DNA of 64,000 nt from Patescibacteria group bacterium (GCA_016861085.1 BOKR01000001.1:515271-579270); one strand, 5' to 3'; shown: positions 47,664 through 58,062, numbered from the stretch's first letter. Notes: a model not told the origin generated them from the sequence alone. Program-made: numbers and translations.

Positions 47664-48752
47664 ATGCAAGAAAAAACTGAAGTCAAAGTACCAACAGCCT
47701 CATCAATCTTTTTTAAAGCTACGCTTCTTAGTTTGCTGTTCGTTGGTGTTATGCTTCTTGTCACAGCTCTTGGAGTTGCTCTGTTTGGATACTCTAAACT
47801 AAATCAATTTGCCAAACAGGCACACACCACTCCCACTGAGCTGAAAACAGTAGTAACAACTGCACTACAAACCACACCAAAGCAAACTGACGGTTATAAA
47901 ACTATCTTATTGCTTGGTGTTGACACAGTTACTAACAAACCAAATAGCCCTGAACTTACTGACACACTCCTGCTGCTATCGATTAATATGGACACAGGAA
48001 AAATTAGTACCCTTTCACTCCCTAGAGATCTTTGGGCACCAGCATATCAAACAAGAATTAACGCTTTATACGAATATGGAAAAGAAAAATACCCACAGCG
48101 TCCAGAACAATTTCCAGAAGAAGTTATTTCTGAACTAACCGGCATTACAATCGACCACACTATCACTTTGTCGCTTGGTACAGTCGCAGAAATCATTGAT
48201 ATTTTGGGTGGAATTGATGTGGACGTTGTTGAGGGCTTTGTTGATACTCAGTTTCCAAGAGAAGACATCGATATTCATACTGCAACTTCGCAAACACAGC
48301 TCTATGAAACAATATCTTTTGAAAAAGGACTACAGCATATGGATGGTGCTACCACCTTAAAATATATCAGAAGTAGAAAATCTACAGACCTCTCACAAGG
48401 CACTGATGTTGCCCGCTCACAACGTCAGCAACAAGTTATTTCAGCACTTATTTCTCGAATACAAAATTTCTCAATATTCAAAGACGTTGATGCGTTCGCC
48501 CAATTGTATGTGTTGTATTCTGACACTTTTGAAAAACAATTCACCAAGGTTGAAGCCATTGCAACACTTAATTATTTACTACCATATCTAGAAACAATTG
48601 ACTTGAATTCAAATTCATTAACAATTTATCCTGATGATAAGAATGGTGTCATCACTAACCCACCTGTTTCAAAATATAAGGGACAATGGGTGTATGAAAT
48701 ACGTGATTTAGCAAACTTCCAAACAGAAGTTAAAAAATCGTTAAGAGAATAG
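47664..48752 (+). CDS. LytR-CpsA-Psr (LCP) family glycopolymer-to-peptidoglycan phosphotransferase
   Basis: N-terminal TM anchor then ILLLGVDTV...TDTLLLLSIN...LSLPRD motifs characteristic of the LCP domain. Confidence 0.75.
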   Translation: MQEKTEVKVPTASSIFFKATLLSLLFVGVMLLVTALGVALFGYSKLNQFAKQAHTTPTELKTVVTTALQTTPKQTDGYKTILLLGVDTVTNKPNSPELTDTLLLLSINMDTGKISTLSLPRDLWAPAYQTRINALYEYGKEKYPQRPEQFPEEVISELTGITIDHTITLSLGTVAEIIDILGGIDVDVVEGFVDTQFPREDIDIHTATSQTQLYETISFEKGLQHMDGATTLKYIRSRKSTDLSQGTDVARSQRQQQVISALISRIQNFSIFKDVDAFAQLYVLYSDTFEKQFTKVEAIATLNYLLPYLETIDLNSNSLTIYPDDKNGVITNPPVSKYKGQWVYEIRDLANFQTEVKKSLRE

Positions 48753-48754
48753 AT

Positions 48755-48994
48755 ATGCTATTTATTTTTGAAAAACACAACAAGCCGATTCAAGATAAAT
48801 GGATTATTCGATTTCTTATTGTATTGACTCTCATTCTCTCAATAGCTGCTGGTTATTTTCATGCAGTACTTGTCGCGGAGCAAAAAAAATACGCAAAACT
48901 TGAAGATCTGTATGTAAGAGTTAGAACAGAGTTGGGAAGAGAAGAAACTCAGCGACTCATTGATTTCTCAAGAGAAAAAGAAATAAGTAATTGA
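48755..48994 (+). CDS. Small hypothetical membrane protein (one TM segment)
   Basis: 79 aa with hydrophobic helix IIRFLIVLTLILSIAAGYF and a charged C-terminus. Start overlaps the LCP stop region. Confidence 0.3.
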   Translation: MLFIFEKHNKPIQDKWIIRFLIVLTLILSIAAGYFHAVLVAEQKKYAKLEDLYVRVRTELGREETQRLIDFSREKEISN

Positions 48995-49029
48995 TTATTA
49001 CAGAATCTCAAGGTAAGCTAGGGGCAGAT

Positions 49030-50052
49030 ATGCAAGAAACTAGAACTTTACTCGTAACAGGCGGAGCCGGATTTATTGGTTCGAATTTTATCTTATATTG
49101 GCTGAAAAAATATCCAGAAAGTAAAATTATTAACCTTGATGCTTTGACCTATGCTGGTAATTTGGCAAACTTACGTTCGATCCAAAACTACCCAAACTAT
49201 ACTTTTGTTGAGGGCAGCATTACAAATAAAGAACTTGTGGATAATATTATGGACGATGTAGATGCTGTAGTTCACTTTGCTGCAGAGTCTCATGTTGACC
49301 GATCTATTCTTGATCCTGGTATATTTTTGCAAACCAACGTTATCGGTACACATATCCTCTTAGAGTCAGCGCTTACAAATAATGTGCAACACTTTCATCA
49401 TATTTCTACAGATGAAGTTTTTGGATCACTACCACTCAACACACCTGAAGCCCAATTTAGTGAGACTACCCCATACGACCCACGCAGTCCTTACTCTGCT
49501 AGTAAGGCATCTTCAGATCACTTAGTCAGGGCCTATGGAGAAACCTATGGACTCTCCTACACTATAACTAATTGTTCAAATAACTATGGAGAGTATCAAT
49601 TCCCAGAAAAATTGATTCCATTGGCCATCACAAATATCATGGATGGTCTCAAAGTTCCTGTGTATGGTGATGGAATGCAAGTGCGCGATTGGCTTTATGT
49701 GCAAGATCACTGCACAGCTATTGATTTAGTTTTACATGCAGATAAGTCAAGTAATACATACGTTGTCGGGGGTCTCACTGAAGACGTTCCTAATATAGAA
49801 ATAGTAAAAATGATTCTCAAGATTATGGGTAAAGGTGAAGATATGATTGAATTTGTGACAGATAGACCTGGTCACGACAAGAGATACAGTGTTAACTGGT
49901 CAAAAATAAAAACTGAGCTCGGGTGGAAACCGTCAGTATCTTTTGAAGAAGGTTTAGAAAAGACAATTCATTGGTATCAGGAAAACAGACATTGGTGGGA
50001 ACCGCTCAAAGCCGCCAATCAAGAATTTTTCAAGAAGAATTACTCAAAGTAA
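49030..50052 (+). CDS. rfbB: dTDP-glucose 4,6-dehydratase
   Basis: LLVTGGAGFIGSNF; YSASKASSDHLVRAY catalytic YxxxK; DRPGHDKRY. The ORF track start 48991 is probably an N-terminal over-extension. Confidence 0.85.
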   Translation: MQETRTLLVTGGAGFIGSNFILYWLKKYPESKIINLDALTYAGNLANLRSIQNYPNYTFVEGSITNKELVDNIMDDVDAVVHFAAESHVDRSILDPGIFLQTNVIGTHILLESALTNNVQHFHHISTDEVFGSLPLNTPEAQFSETTPYDPRSPYSASKASSDHLVRAYGETYGLSYTITNCSNNYGEYQFPEKLIPLAITNIMDGLKVPVYGDGMQVRDWLYVQDHCTAIDLVLHADKSSNTYVVGGLTEDVPNIEIVKMILKIMGKGEDMIEFVTDRPGHDKRYSVNWSKIKTELGWKPSVSFEEGLEKTIHWYQENRHWWEPLKAANQEFFKKNYSK

Positions 50053-50061
50053 AAGGTAATT

Positions 50062-50649
50062 ATGAAAACTACATTTTCACCTTCTCAAGAAAACAAAATT
50101 AGTGAAACAATTCACAAAACTGCAATTGAAGGACTGTATTTTATCCCGCACAAACATTTTCCAGACGAGCGTGGATTTTACAGTGAACTTGCTCGAACCC
50201 CAGAGATTGATGCTCTAACTGGTGAGACTTTTGTTGCTAAACAGTTTAATCAGTCACGCTCAATTCAGAATGTTATTCGGGGAATTCACGCTGAAGACTG
50301 GAATAAGTTGGTTACCGTAACAAACGGTCTTTGCTTTTGCGCCCTTGTGGACTTGAGAAAGCACTCCCCTACTTTTGGCAAACACGAAACCTTGGCGATT
50401 GGTACAGCCCAAGAAGCTCTCAAAGGTTCTTTATATATCTCAAGAGGAATTGGAAACTCTTTTTGTGTTGTTCAAGGGCCAGTTGACTACGTCTATGCCG
50501 TCGACTCTCTCTGGTCAGAGCGTGATAAAAGTAAAGATGTCGCTATAAATTTATTTGATCCAGAGCTAAATATTGAGTGGCCAATTCCAAAAGAACAAAT
50601 GATTATTTCTGACAGAGACACAAATAGTATCTTATTAAAAAACTTGTAA
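50062..50649 (+). CDS. rfbC: dTDP-4-dehydrorhamnose 3,5-epimerase
   Basis: Cupin-fold RmlC motifs: FPDERGFYSE, and the catalytic His/Tyr region. Confidence 0.8.
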   Translation: MKTTFSPSQENKISETIHKTAIEGLYFIPHKHFPDERGFYSELARTPEIDALTGETFVAKQFNQSRSIQNVIRGIHAEDWNKLVTVTNGLCFCALVDLRKHSPTFGKHETLAIGTAQEALKGSLYISRGIGNSFCVVQGPVDYVYAVDSLWSERDKSKDVAINLFDPELNIEWPIPKEQMIISDRDTNSILLKNL

Positions 50650-50663
50650 AAGGGACAAAGTAC

Positions 50664-51539
50664 ATGAAACAGGCAGTATTGGTTACTGGTGCAAATGGGT
50701 TGGTTGGATCAAAATTCACACAGCAGTTCGCGGACACATATGATTTTGTCTCTTTAGACATCTCAAACCCCCTCAATCCTGTCGATATTACACAGTCAGC
50801 TTCAGTGCTGAAGGCACTAGAAAATACGCAAGCCAAGCACATTGTTCACTACGCAGCCTACACAGATGTTACTGGAGCATGGAAGCAAAATGGTGATGAA
50901 TCAGGAATCGCTTATAAGGTGAATGTAGATGGAACAAAAAACATTATTGCTGCCTGTGAAAAAACAAACAAACACCTTATCCATATTTCTACAGCATATG
51001 TATTCAATGGTGAAAAAGAAGGGCTATACTCAGAAAGTGATGAACTGAGCCCAATAGAATGGTATGGTCATACCAAAGCAGAAGCGGAACGTGCCGTAAC
51101 GGAATCAAACATCAAATGGACTATTTTAAGAATTGATCAGCCATTCAGATCTGACACACAGGTTCGACCAGATGTTGTGCGAAGAGTTGCCCAAGGACTT
51201 ACAGATGGTACTTTGTATCCTCAGTTCACCAATCACTATTTTGGGCCAACATATATAGATGACTTTGCCAGAGTCGTTGATTTTATTATAAAAACAGATA
51301 CTATTGGATTATTCAATGCCTCATCAGGTGAAAAATGGACAGATTTTGATTTCGCCAAGCTGGTAAATGAAACATTACAACTCAATGGTACAGTTAAGCC
51401 TGGAGACTTAGATAATTATCTAAGAACTCTTGATCGGCCATATCAACGAAATACTGCAATGGACGTAAGTAAACTCAAAAGTATCCTTGACTTTGAACTC
51501 TTATCAGTAAAAGAAGCCGTTAAGACTGTCGTGATTTAG
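50664..51539 (+). CDS. rfbD: dTDP-4-dehydrorhamnose reductase
   Basis: VLVTGANGLVGSKF. RmlD-like length (291 aa). Follows rfbB-rfbC. Confidence 0.75.
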   Translation: MKQAVLVTGANGLVGSKFTQQFADTYDFVSLDISNPLNPVDITQSASVLKALENTQAKHIVHYAAYTDVTGAWKQNGDESGIAYKVNVDGTKNIIAACEKTNKHLIHISTAYVFNGEKEGLYSESDELSPIEWYGHTKAEAERAVTESNIKWTILRIDQPFRSDTQVRPDVVRRVAQGLTDGTLYPQFTNHYFGPTYIDDFARVVDFIIKTDTIGLFNASSGEKWTDFDFAKLVNETLQLNGTVKPGDLDNYLRTLDRPYQRNTAMDVSKLKSILDFELLSVKEAVKTVVI

Positions 51540-52173
51540 TTTTGCGCCACTGTGAAATTTTTTCATGATCCCCAGTCAGTAAAATTTCAGGTACCTGCCA
51601 GCCCCTATATACTTCTGGCCTAGTATAGGTTGGAAAACCAAGCTTTCCTGGAATTGAATGAGATTCATCTGCGAAACTTTCTTCATTACCTAAAACACCA
51701 GGAATTAGACGAGCCACCGCATCTAAAATGACTGCAACAGCTGGTTCACCACCCGTAAGCACATAATCGCCAATTCGTAACTCCTCATCGATAAGATTAT
51801 CTGCAACTCGTTCATCAACTCCTTCATAATGGCCACAAATCAACACTAACTCTTCTAATTGTGCATACTCTTTTGCGATTATTTGGTCAAACAATTTACC
51901 CTTAGCTGAAGTAAGTACAATTTTTTTCTTATCCATTTCTTTGTTCACCCCAATATGTTGCAGTGCCAAATCAATAGGTTCAACCTTCATCACCATTCCC
52001 GGACCACCTCCAAACGGGCGATCATCAGTCATTTTGTGTTTATCTAAAGCAAAATCTCGTATATCAATGATTGTAAACTCAACTAATTCTTTTTTTTGAG
52101 CTCTTTTGATCATAGAAGTTGCAAGAATTGAATCAAAATATTCTGGAAACAATGTCAAAATTGTTATTTTCAT
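51520..52173 (-). CDS. trmD: tRNA (guanine37-N1)-methyltransferase
   Basis: ITILTLFPEYFDS, DDRPFGGGPGMVMK, and the SPOUT knot region GHYEGVDERV. Confidence 0.9.
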   Translation of the reverse strand: MKITILTLFPEYFDSILATSMIKRAQKKELVEFTIIDIRDFALDKHKMTDDRPFGGGPGMVMKVEPIDLALQHIGVNKEMDKKKIVLTSAKGKLFDQIIAKEYAQLEELVLICGHYEGVDERVADNLIDEELRIGDYVLTGGEPAVAVILDAVARLIPGVLGNEESFADESHSIPGKLGFPTYTRPEVYRGWQVPEILLTGDHEKISQWRKTKSRQS

Positions 52174-52230
52174 CTTCTATATTATATCTTAGTAGTGCAA
52201 GGAAAACAAAAAACTTGCTATCATATACGT

Positions 52231-53307
52231 ATGGCACAAGAACAAGCTGGACCAACACTCACGAGTATCACATACGCCGGACGCCAAACCGTAAAATTCG
52301 GTTTAATTTTCCTTGTAATTTTAATGGTTGGAAGAATCACCATTAACGCTTTCGTCGCCTATTGGAAAGCAACACACTCAGAACCACCTCCTCCACCAAC
52401 GGTTGGGTTTGGCTTACTTCCTCCTATTAAATTTCCAGCTCAAACTGAAGATGATAAACCAATCTCTTATAAGTTAGAAACCGCTACAGGCACAACTCCA
52501 GATTTTGGTGATAGAGCTAAAGTGTTTTTTATGCCAAAGGCAACAGCTAGCTTACTTGCAGACCAAAGTGCAAAAGCTACAGCGGCCAAGCTTGATTATG
52601 TTTTCGAACCGCAAGCCCTGACAACAGAACTATACCGATGGAATCGGTCTCAACCACTACTGTCCACACTTGAAATGAATATTAGAACTAACAGTTTTAA
52701 GATTACAAGCAATTATTTATCTCTTCCAGAGCTCTTGGTCAATAAACAGGTGCCCTCTGGTTTTGAAGCAATTAACAGGGTCAAAACGATGTTGAAACGA
52801 GCTGATTTACTTGCTGATGATGTTGCCACTGCCTCAGGAGAAATCGTATACCTCAAATCCTTAGGTGGGGAGTTGGCACCGGCTGTTTCACAATCCGATG
52901 CTGACTTTATTCAAGTTGATCTCAATAGATACCCAATTGACGGTGTATTTAGAATGTATACTCCTGAAGGCTATATCGGTTCAATAACTGCAATTCTGAC
53001 TGGTGCTTTTGAGAGCAGAGATTCAATTGTTGAGCTTTTCTATAATTATCATCAGGTAGACTATGAGCAAGTGCACACTTATCCACTGAGAACCAGTCAG
53101 TCTGCATGGCAAATTTTGCAGGCTGGTGAAGGGTATATTGCAGTCAAAGGTTCCGATGATGCTGCTGTTGTTCGGACTGTAAGCTTGGGATATTTTGACT
53201 CTTTTGAAGAACAAGAGTACCTGCAACCTGTGTATGTTTTTGAAAATGCCGATAGTGGGTTTGTGGGATACGTTCCGGCCTTAGATCCAAAATATATCCA
53301 GAAATAA
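52231..53307 (+). CDS. Hypothetical membrane-anchored protein with poly-proline linker
   Basis: TM segment FGLIFLVILMVGRITINAF then SEPPPPPTVGFGLLPP and a roughly 280-aa soluble domain with no recognisable motif. Alternative start at 52195. Confidence 0.35.
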   Translation: MAQEQAGPTLTSITYAGRQTVKFGLIFLVILMVGRITINAFVAYWKATHSEPPPPPTVGFGLLPPIKFPAQTEDDKPISYKLETATGTTPDFGDRAKVFFMPKATASLLADQSAKATAAKLDYVFEPQALTTELYRWNRSQPLLSTLEMNIRTNSFKITSNYLSLPELLVNKQVPSGFEAINRVKTMLKRADLLADDVATASGEIVYLKSLGGELAPAVSQSDADFIQVDLNRYPIDGVFRMYTPEGYIGSITAILTGAFESRDSIVELFYNYHQVDYEQVHTYPLRTSQSAWQILQAGEGYIAVKGSDDAAVVRTVSLGYFDSFEEQEYLQPVYVFENADSGFVGYVPALDPKYIQK

Positions 53308-53334
53308 ATCATTCCCTGGGGTATAATACCAGTT

Positions 53335-54768
53335 ATGAAAGTACGCACACGAATGGCCCCAAGTCCGACTGGCGAGATGCATGTTGGAAGTCTCTCTATT
53401 TCACTTAAGAATTATGCTTTCGCAAAAAGACATGGTGGACAATTTATTCTTAGAATTGAAGACACAGATAAAACCAGAGAAATCGAAAACGGTGTTGAGT
53501 TGATTCAAGATATTCTTAAAAAATATGGCATTACCTGGGATGAAGGCCCTGGGGTTGGTGGTGATCATGGTCCATATATTCAGTCTCAAAGGCTTGATAT
53601 GTATAAAAAATATGCTGAGCAGCTCGTCTCAGAAAAAAAAGCATATTATTGTTTTTGTACTACTGAAAGGCTTGAAAAACTTCGCGACTCACAAAGAGAG
53701 CAAAAGATTCCACCAAAGTACGACAGCCATTGTAAATCACTTTCAGCAGATGAAATCAAACAAAGAATTGAGAGTAACGAACCTCATGTCATTCGTCTGG
53801 CTGTACCACAAAACAGAGAAATTACCTTCACAGACTTAATTAGAGGTGACATTAGTTTCAACTCAAGTACTGTTGATGATCAAGTGTTATTGAAATCAGA
53901 CGGCTACCCAACTTACCACATGGCAGTTGTTGTTGATGACCATTTAATGGATATCACTCATATTATGCGTGGAGAAGAATGGATCAGCTCAACTCCAAAA
54001 CATATTTTACTCTATCAAGCATTTGGCTGGGAGTTACCACAGTTCGCACACATTCCAGTGTATCTCAACCCCGACGGTCAAGGAAAAATGAGCAAACGAA
54101 AAGGGCATGTAAGTGCACAGTCATTTTTAGATCGTGGCTATTTACCAGAAGCCATGCTCAACTTCTTTATGATTCTTGGGTGGGCACGTGAGGATGAAAT
54201 TGAAATCATGACACTAGATGAATATGTTAAAGCATTTGATCCAAAAGATGTCAGCCAAAAATCTGTTGTTTTTGATATCAAAAAACTAAACTGGATTAAT
54301 GGTGTGTACATTAGAAAACTCACTGTAGAACAACTTTTAGAAAAAATAACTCCATTTTTACCCAATGATTTTCCAACCCAAAAATTGAGTATCATTCTGC
54401 CGTTAATTCATGAACGCCTAGAAACTCTCGCCGATATTGAACAACTAACATCATTCTTCTATCGCGATATTTCTGTTGATACACAGCTGCTTCTTAAAAA
54501 ATCATCAGTAACTGAAGTAAAACAGCAACTTGAGGCCACTCTGAGTGTTTTACAGGCTATTGAGCCAAAAAATTGGAACGTTGCAACTATTGAAATAGCT
54601 GTCCGTGAACTTGCAGAAAAGAATAACTGGAAACCGGGCCAGTACTTTATGATGCTACGTCTTGCCGCAACAGGAAGTAAAGCTACTCCACCACTGTTTG
54701 ATACTTTGTATGTAGTTGGAAAAGAACTCATGCTGCAAAGGCTTGCAGCTGCCCTCAAACTCATCTAG
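53335..54768 (+). CDS. gltX: Glutamyl-tRNA synthetase
   Basis: APSPTGEMHVG (HIGH-type), FILRIEDTD, KMSKRKG (KMSKS). Confidence 0.9.
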   Translation: MKVRTRMAPSPTGEMHVGSLSISLKNYAFAKRHGGQFILRIEDTDKTREIENGVELIQDILKKYGITWDEGPGVGGDHGPYIQSQRLDMYKKYAEQLVSEKKAYYCFCTTERLEKLRDSQREQKIPPKYDSHCKSLSADEIKQRIESNEPHVIRLAVPQNREITFTDLIRGDISFNSSTVDDQVLLKSDGYPTYHMAVVVDDHLMDITHIMRGEEWISSTPKHILLYQAFGWELPQFAHIPVYLNPDGQGKMSKRKGHVSAQSFLDRGYLPEAMLNFFMILGWAREDEIEIMTLDEYVKAFDPKDVSQKSVVFDIKKLNWINGVYIRKLTVEQLLEKITPFLPNDFPTQKLSIILPLIHERLETLADIEQLTSFFYRDISVDTQLLLKKSSVTEVKQQLEATLSVLQAIEPKNWNVATIEIAVRELAEKNNWKPGQYFMMLRLAATGSKATPPLFDTLYVVGKELMLQRLAAALKLI

Positions 54769-54780
54769 AATGAGTATGTA

Positions 54781-55659
54781 ATGCCTGCCGTAATTCAGCC
54801 ACCATCCGAAAAGTTGACAAAACTAAAATTGTTTCTAGAAAAAACAAAAACTGATTTTTATTCTGAAAATTCTGAGCTTGCTGATTGGATGAATGATCGA
54901 AAACTTGTTGTAGAACAACTTGGTGTCTCTAAAAAAGATCAAGAATTACAACAAATTGAGATTGATTCCGTTGAGAAAGAGTTAGTCGAAAAATTAGCTC
55001 AATCTAAAACAACAGACAAGCCACTTGCCTCAAAAATCACCAAAGAAGAATTCGACTCAATTATGGAAAAAATAGTTGAACTCTTAAAACTTCCTGCCGG
55101 AAAGCTTGAAGAAGAATCTGAGCTGTACCTGGAACAACAATTGTCTGATATTCTTGGATTTGATGTTAATGCAAATCTGGACGGTCACACACTTTTGTTT
55201 TCAACCGGAGTTATGAAGGCTACATCACACCTTAAACGTTCTCCCACTGACACTCTTGAAAACCATACTAATTATCACGAAGCTGGACTGAGTCTCAATC
55301 GAAGTGCGTTTGGGTGGTTTTCTGGTAGTACCGAAATCGACCAAACAGCAATTGACCAAGAAAAATATTATGTTGCTGTCCCTTTGTACTATCATGAGGA
55401 TTGGAATACTAAGTTTACTGAATTAAAACAGTGGTATAAATTCAGAAAAGTCGTAGTTATCAACCCTGCAGAGCGAATTGCAGTAGTTGGAGTTATTGGT
55501 GATATCGGTCCCTCAACCTATACTAGACGTCAATTTGGGGGCTCACCAGAGCTTATTCATGCAGGAAAAATATGGAGCCCAAAAAGCGCAGGGAAAGTAT
55601 TATTACTTTTTGTAGATGATCCTAAAAATACTGTTCAACTCGGACCAATACTCTTATGA
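54781..55659 (+). CDS. Hypothetical protein with C-terminal RlpA-like double-psi beta-barrel (DPBB)-like region
   Basis: C-terminus KVVVINPAERIAVVGVIGDIGPS...RRQFGG resembles the RlpA/expansin DPBB core. N-terminal half is coiled/acidic. Confidence 0.3.
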   Translation: MPAVIQPPSEKLTKLKLFLEKTKTDFYSENSELADWMNDRKLVVEQLGVSKKDQELQQIEIDSVEKELVEKLAQSKTTDKPLASKITKEEFDSIMEKIVELLKLPAGKLEEESELYLEQQLSDILGFDVNANLDGHTLLFSTGVMKATSHLKRSPTDTLENHTNYHEAGLSLNRSAFGWFSGSTEIDQTAIDQEKYYVAVPLYYHEDWNTKFTELKQWYKFRKVVVINPAERIAVVGVIGDIGPSTYTRRQFGGSPELIHAGKIWSPKSAGKVLLLFVDDPKNTVQLGPILL

Positions 55660-56000
55660 AAACACTTGATTTAATTAACATTGATTCATTTAAACAAAAC
55701 TATTATAAAGCGTTGCTTCCACTTGAAGAAATTAATGCTTTTTTAGGTCAGTTTGAAGAACGAGAACTTGAAGCTGCAACACAATCACTAATCTCTCTGT
55801 TTGACGTTGCTATTACAAAAACGGTTTTACTCAATTTAGACTCTGTTCCCGAAAAACAAGAATTTTTGCGGCTTGCACAAGATGATTATACAAGCCCTGC
55901 GGTACTGGATTTTCTTATTGATACGTTTCCAGGTAGCGAAGAACTTATTAAACAAGCGTTAGAACGAACACTTCTTAGTGCAAAAAAGGCGATACTGTAG
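55656..56000 (+). CDS. Hypothetical protein (114 aa)
   Basis: No recognisable motif. 4-nt overlap with the upstream gene. Confidence 0.3.
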   Translation: MKTLDLINIDSFKQNYYKALLPLEEINAFLGQFEERELEAATQSLISLFDVAITKTVLLNLDSVPEKQEFLRLAQDDYTSPAVLDFLIDTFPGSEELIKQALERTLLSAKKAIL

Positions 56001-56016
56001 TATCGTAGGACATGTC

Positions 56017-56406
56017 ATGCTCATTATTAATCTACATATTGGCTCAAGATTTCCCGTCGATAGAAAAAAGCTCAGGGCGGCTGCAAAAAAAGTTCTTGAT
56101 GAAAACAGTGTTACTCACGCGCAAGTTGATATTTCAGTTGTTGGAAAAAGAAAAATTAAAGAACTAAATGAGTCAAAGCTCAAACATGAAGGCGAAACTG
56201 ACGTCCTCTCTTTTCCACAGCACGAAAAAAATAATTTGTATGACTTTCCTCTGCCAGAGGGGATTCCTCCACATTTAGGCGATATTGTTATTAGTTTTCC
56301 AGAAGCTGTTAAAACAGCCAGAAGATACGGAAAGCTCGTTGACGATCAAATTTGTTTTTACTTACAACACGGAATGATGCACTTACTTGGGTATCACCAC
56401 GAATAG
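56017..56406 (+). CDS. ybeY: rRNA maturation endoribonuclease YbeY
   Basis: C-terminal zinc motif HGMMHLLGYHHE (HxxxHxxGYxH). DVLSFP motif. Confidence 0.85.
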   Translation: MLIINLHIGSRFPVDRKKLRAAAKKVLDENSVTHAQVDISVVGKRKIKELNESKLKHEGETDVLSFPQHEKNNLYDFPLPEGIPPHLGDIVISFPEAVKTARRYGKLVDDQICFYLQHGMMHLLGYHHE

Positions 56407-56408
56407 CT

Positions 56409-57992
56409 ATGTCATGGAATAGAACATACCGACCAACCTCAGTTGCCGACTTGCACTTGGATTTTGTCAGGACCCAAATTCAGCGAATGATGGACGCTGG
56501 GAAAATCCCTCAAGCTTTGTTATTTGCTGGACCAAAGGGTACTGGTAAAACTTCAACTTCTAGAATTATTGGTGCTGTCGTTAATGATCCAAAAAATGAG
56601 TCCACAGTTACTTCAGTCTATTTTAAAAAAGAAAAACCAAAGAAAAAATTAGTCGAACCTGATCCCAGTAGTGAATTTAATCAAAAAATCTTTGCTGGAA
56701 CCTCATTTGTAGTACAGGAAATGGATGCTGCCAGTAATCGCGGTATTGATGATATTAGGCAATTGAAAACTCGCGCCTATTTACCACCCCAAGAAGGGAA
56801 GATGTCCGTCTTTATTCTTGACGAAGCACACATGCTCACCACTGAAGCATTTAATGCCCTTCTAAAATTGCTTGAAGAGCCTCCAGAACACGTTATTTTT
56901 ATTCTAGCCACAACTGAGCTCCACAAAATCCCTGACACTATTATTTCTAGATGCCAGTTAGTTGAATTCAGAAAGGCAACCCCAAGAGAAATCACTAATC
57001 GACTTAAAAGTATATTGATTTCCGAAAAAATTGAATTTGAGGATGAAGCTCTTGCAGTAATAGCAACCAACGCCGATGGTAGCTTTAGGGATGCCGTTAA
57101 GTTACTTGAGTTATCCTCGCAATCAGGTAAAGTTACAATTGCCGAAGTTTCAGCATACACCAGTGCAGCCGTTACCGTTGAAGTAGAGCTACTTTTGAAA
57201 TACTTATTGAATAAAGATGAAAAGGCAGTTGTAGAACTTTTTGAAACCCTTAGAGAAAAAAATGTCGAACAACAGTACTTCCACAAATCACTCCTTACAT
57301 TAATTCACACAAGTTTATTGCAGAATCTTAAAATAGCTTCAGGTGAGTCAGTCATTAATAAGACAGTAGCCCAATTTTTACTTCAAGAACTCAGCAGTTC
57401 TGAACTGAGCTCTGCATCACCAATCCCACATCTGAGGCTTGAGTTGAAGATCCTTGAATTAATAGATCGATCAAAAAATAAATCAGGTGGAACTGTAAAA
57501 AAAAATCCTGAGGTGAGCTCAAAAACAGCACCCGATACTTCTATTACCCATTCAACAAGTAGTCAGTCAACGCCTTCTCAGTACGAACGAGAGTTTTCAG
57601 CTCAAGTAAATCGTGAAGATACACTCTCAGATACAGTAAGCGTTCAAAACAGCACTCAATTCTTGGGTGATGCTACTCTATTAAAACAAAAATGGAGTGA
57701 ATTTGTTGAGACTTTAGCTATCAACAACTCAACCTTAGCCGTGCTGCTGCGATCTGCAAAACTTGTATCTGTTCAAGAGCATTTAGCTGTAATTGGGGTC
57801 TACTACAACTTTCATCAGGAACAGTTATCCCAACAAAAAGCGTTATCCATCATTCAAGATTGTATAAAACAAATAATAGGCGACTACATTGAGCTTGAAT
57901 TCATTTTGCTCAAAACCCCAGACAAGGCAGAACTTATAGAACCACAAAAAACCGATACTTTGGTCAACTCTGCGCTACAAGCACTCCTCTAA
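56409..57992 (+). CDS. dnaX: DNA polymerase III subunit gamma/tau
   Basis: ALLFAGPKGTGKTSTSRI Walker A; ILDEAHML; SRCQ motif. Start at ATG 56409 just after the ybeY stop; the ORF track start 56352 overlaps ybeY. Confidence 0.85.
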   Translation: MSWNRTYRPTSVADLHLDFVRTQIQRMMDAGKIPQALLFAGPKGTGKTSTSRIIGAVVNDPKNESTVTSVYFKKEKPKKKLVEPDPSSEFNQKIFAGTSFVVQEMDAASNRGIDDIRQLKTRAYLPPQEGKMSVFILDEAHMLTTEAFNALLKLLEEPPEHVIFILATTELHKIPDTIISRCQLVEFRKATPREITNRLKSILISEKIEFEDEALAVIATNADGSFRDAVKLLELSSQSGKVTIAEVSAYTSAAVTVEVELLLKYLLNKDEKAVVELFETLREKNVEQQYFHKSLLTLIHTSLLQNLKIASGESVINKTVAQFLLQELSSSELSSASPIPHLRLELKILELIDRSKNKSGGTVKKNPEVSSKTAPDTSITHSTSSQSTPSQYEREFSAQVNREDTLSDTVSVQNSTQFLGDATLLKQKWSEFVETLAINNSTLAVLLRSAKLVSVQEHLAVIGVYYNFHQEQLSQQKALSIIQDCIKQIIGDYIELEFILLKTPDKAELIEPQKTDTLVNSALQALL

Positions 57993-58062
57993 AAAAGAAC
58001 CGCTAGATTCGAATAGATTGTTATAGTAAAATTGGACTATTAGTAAGAAAGGAAATAGTAAT

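Noticed and set aside
56352-56408. N-terminal extension of dnaX overlapping ybeY
   Set aside because: ATG 56409 immediately follows the ybeY stop and precedes the conserved clamp-loader N-terminus. The extension is an artefact of taking the longest ORF.
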